Assembly: GCA_021613535.1 (NCBI GenBank)
Contig: CP075492.1
Location: 15,562,001-15,626,000, forward strand
Direction: 5' to 3'
Source: Adineta vaga
Lineage: Eukaryota > Animalia > Rotifera
DNA: 64,000 bases
Below are positions 62,611-64,000 of this stretch, piece after piece (the stretch's first letter is position 1; each line of letters begins with the position of its first letter). The notes beneath the pieces were generated by a model that had not been told where the DNA came from, did no database searches, and worked only from the letters and a program-made list of their open reading frames with translations. A program made the position numbers and the translations under genes.

Positions 62611-62739
62611 TAGGGGTGGGTCACTTAACGCTTAATATTAAGTGTTAATTTTTTTTCATTAAAATGCAAAGACTTAATATTGAGCGTTAAGCCAAAACAC
62701 TTAACTTAATTTTGAGTTAAGTTAAAAGACCCACCCCTA
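62611..62739. mobile_element. 129-bp hAT-type MITE
   Basis: Perfect 12-bp TIRs taggggtgggtc / gacccaccccta. 8-bp TSD gtttacat at 62603-62610 and 62740-62747. Internal ttaa-rich inverted motifs. Confidence 0.92.
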
Positions 62740-63130
62740 GTTTACATTCCGAATACAATAAATACTAATAAAGATTTTACCATAGATACAAAAAATATTA
62801 AAAATGATTCTAACGGATTTCAGACTTTTATCTCTTTCCTGGGAAAGAGATCTTTTTTCTAAAAACAATTCTAATGCTTCATTTCCAATATGACGTTGAA
62901 TGCAATGAAAACAATAGTCGTCGTTTTTTGTTATATTTACTAAAGAACCAAATAGGCTTTGAACACGAATATAATGATAAACATCAGATTGATCCATTAA
63001 TAATGGATATGAATAAAAACCACAAAGAAGAGCTAATATCACATAGATAATGAGAAATAAGAGCAAAATCCAAATAAATAAATATATTCTGTTGGTTGCG
63101 CGTAATAAATGGTGATAGTATAGAGTCTAA
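62737..63130 (-). CDS. Probable coding exon of an unidentified membrane protein
   Basis: Open frame with a TM (LLLFLIIYVILALLCGFY), flanked by a plausible acceptor near 63127 and donor ggtaaaa near 62781. No family recognised. Confidence 0.4.
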
Positions 63131-63437
63131 ATGAAAAAAAGATTTAATTGGAGAGTAGATCAAAATCGAAAAGAATTTTTTCCTCTAACAACTATGATGT
63201 GATGTCAATTGATTTGTTCACGATAGATCTCGAACGTTTTTTTTTTGTCATTTGAAATAACTATTCGTTTTCATACCATAGTGATAAAACCCAAATCAAG
63301 ATATTCTGGCATCAATTAAGCTGGTGTTCCCTTTAATGTATAGAGTGTTCCATGACTAATTGAAATATACTTACATATACAATGTCAGTAGAGATAGTAT
63401 TCATATTAGTGTGCTCCTCTGTTAACGACGAGAAAAA

Positions 63438-63487
63438 GAGGGTGTGGGTGCTAGATACATGTATTACCCTCACACACCCACACCCTC
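63438..63487. repeat. Perfect 13-bp inverted repeat of telomere-like hexamers
   Basis: gagggtgtgggtg (63438-63450) ... cacccacaccctc (63475-63487). Confidence 0.75.
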
Positions 63488-64000
63488 AAAATGGGCAATT
63501 GTTCATTTGCTTCCACTAATTGCGCCACTGAACCTGATGGATCGCCATAGTTTGTCCAGTGTGGCACGAACTAAAAGACGCTAATAGTTTTTACATTCTC
63601 ATTGCTATATAGGATATTTTTTAAAGCTTCTTAAGAATATCATATGTTTGAATAGTTCCATTCATACTAAATTGACAAACATCTCATTTAGAAAAATGTA
63701 GTTCATTTCAGAATGAGTGTTATTTTAGAAACTTTGATGAGGAATGACTTGCATAATATTTTAAATATCAACAGATTGTACTTGATCTGACATTTGTTTT
63801 ACAAAATGAGAGAAAGAAAAACATCTATGTAGTCAAACAAGGAAAATAATTATGAAAATGTTCTGGACAGACAATAATTTCATCAAATACAAGTTCTTTT
63901 AATTGATTACAATTGATTTGTGTTGTAACATTAGTAAAATTATCTGTAACAGTAAGTAATTTATCATATTGTATTTTAAGTATAGAAAGCTTTGGAACAT

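Overview
AT-rich eukaryotic DNA with short (~50-60 nt) GT-AG introns. The gene repertoire (ART-TPR, ART-NHL, WWE-ART, NHL, LDLa-EGF-GPCR, intronless bacterial-type genes) strongly suggests a bdelloid rotifer; this is inference. The main result is invisible to the ORF track. The degenerate ~139-bp tandem repeat at 4.4-7.7 kb is a minus-strand array of 22 intact, symmetric phase-0, exactly 84-nt exons. Each encodes one variable 28-aa RI-type leucine-rich repeat, and the introns between them are almost invariantly 55 nt. The array lies between an orphan F-box exon and a macin antimicrobial peptide gene, and is a candidate modular or combinatorial LRR recognition system. The window also holds the 5' part of an EFCAB6-like gene and a full-length LINE (13-bp TSD, polyA) inserted in a GT31 glycosyltransferase. 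There are three ADP-ribosyltransferase-domain genes with different partner domains, four glycosyl/nucleotidyl-transferase genes, and horizontal-transfer candidates (glgB, DUF4345, GT32, Kelch). NHL/propeller surface proteins, a giant LDLa/EGF GPCR, several MITEs and telomere-like hairpins complete the picture. All calls are by eye from motifs; no database searches were run.
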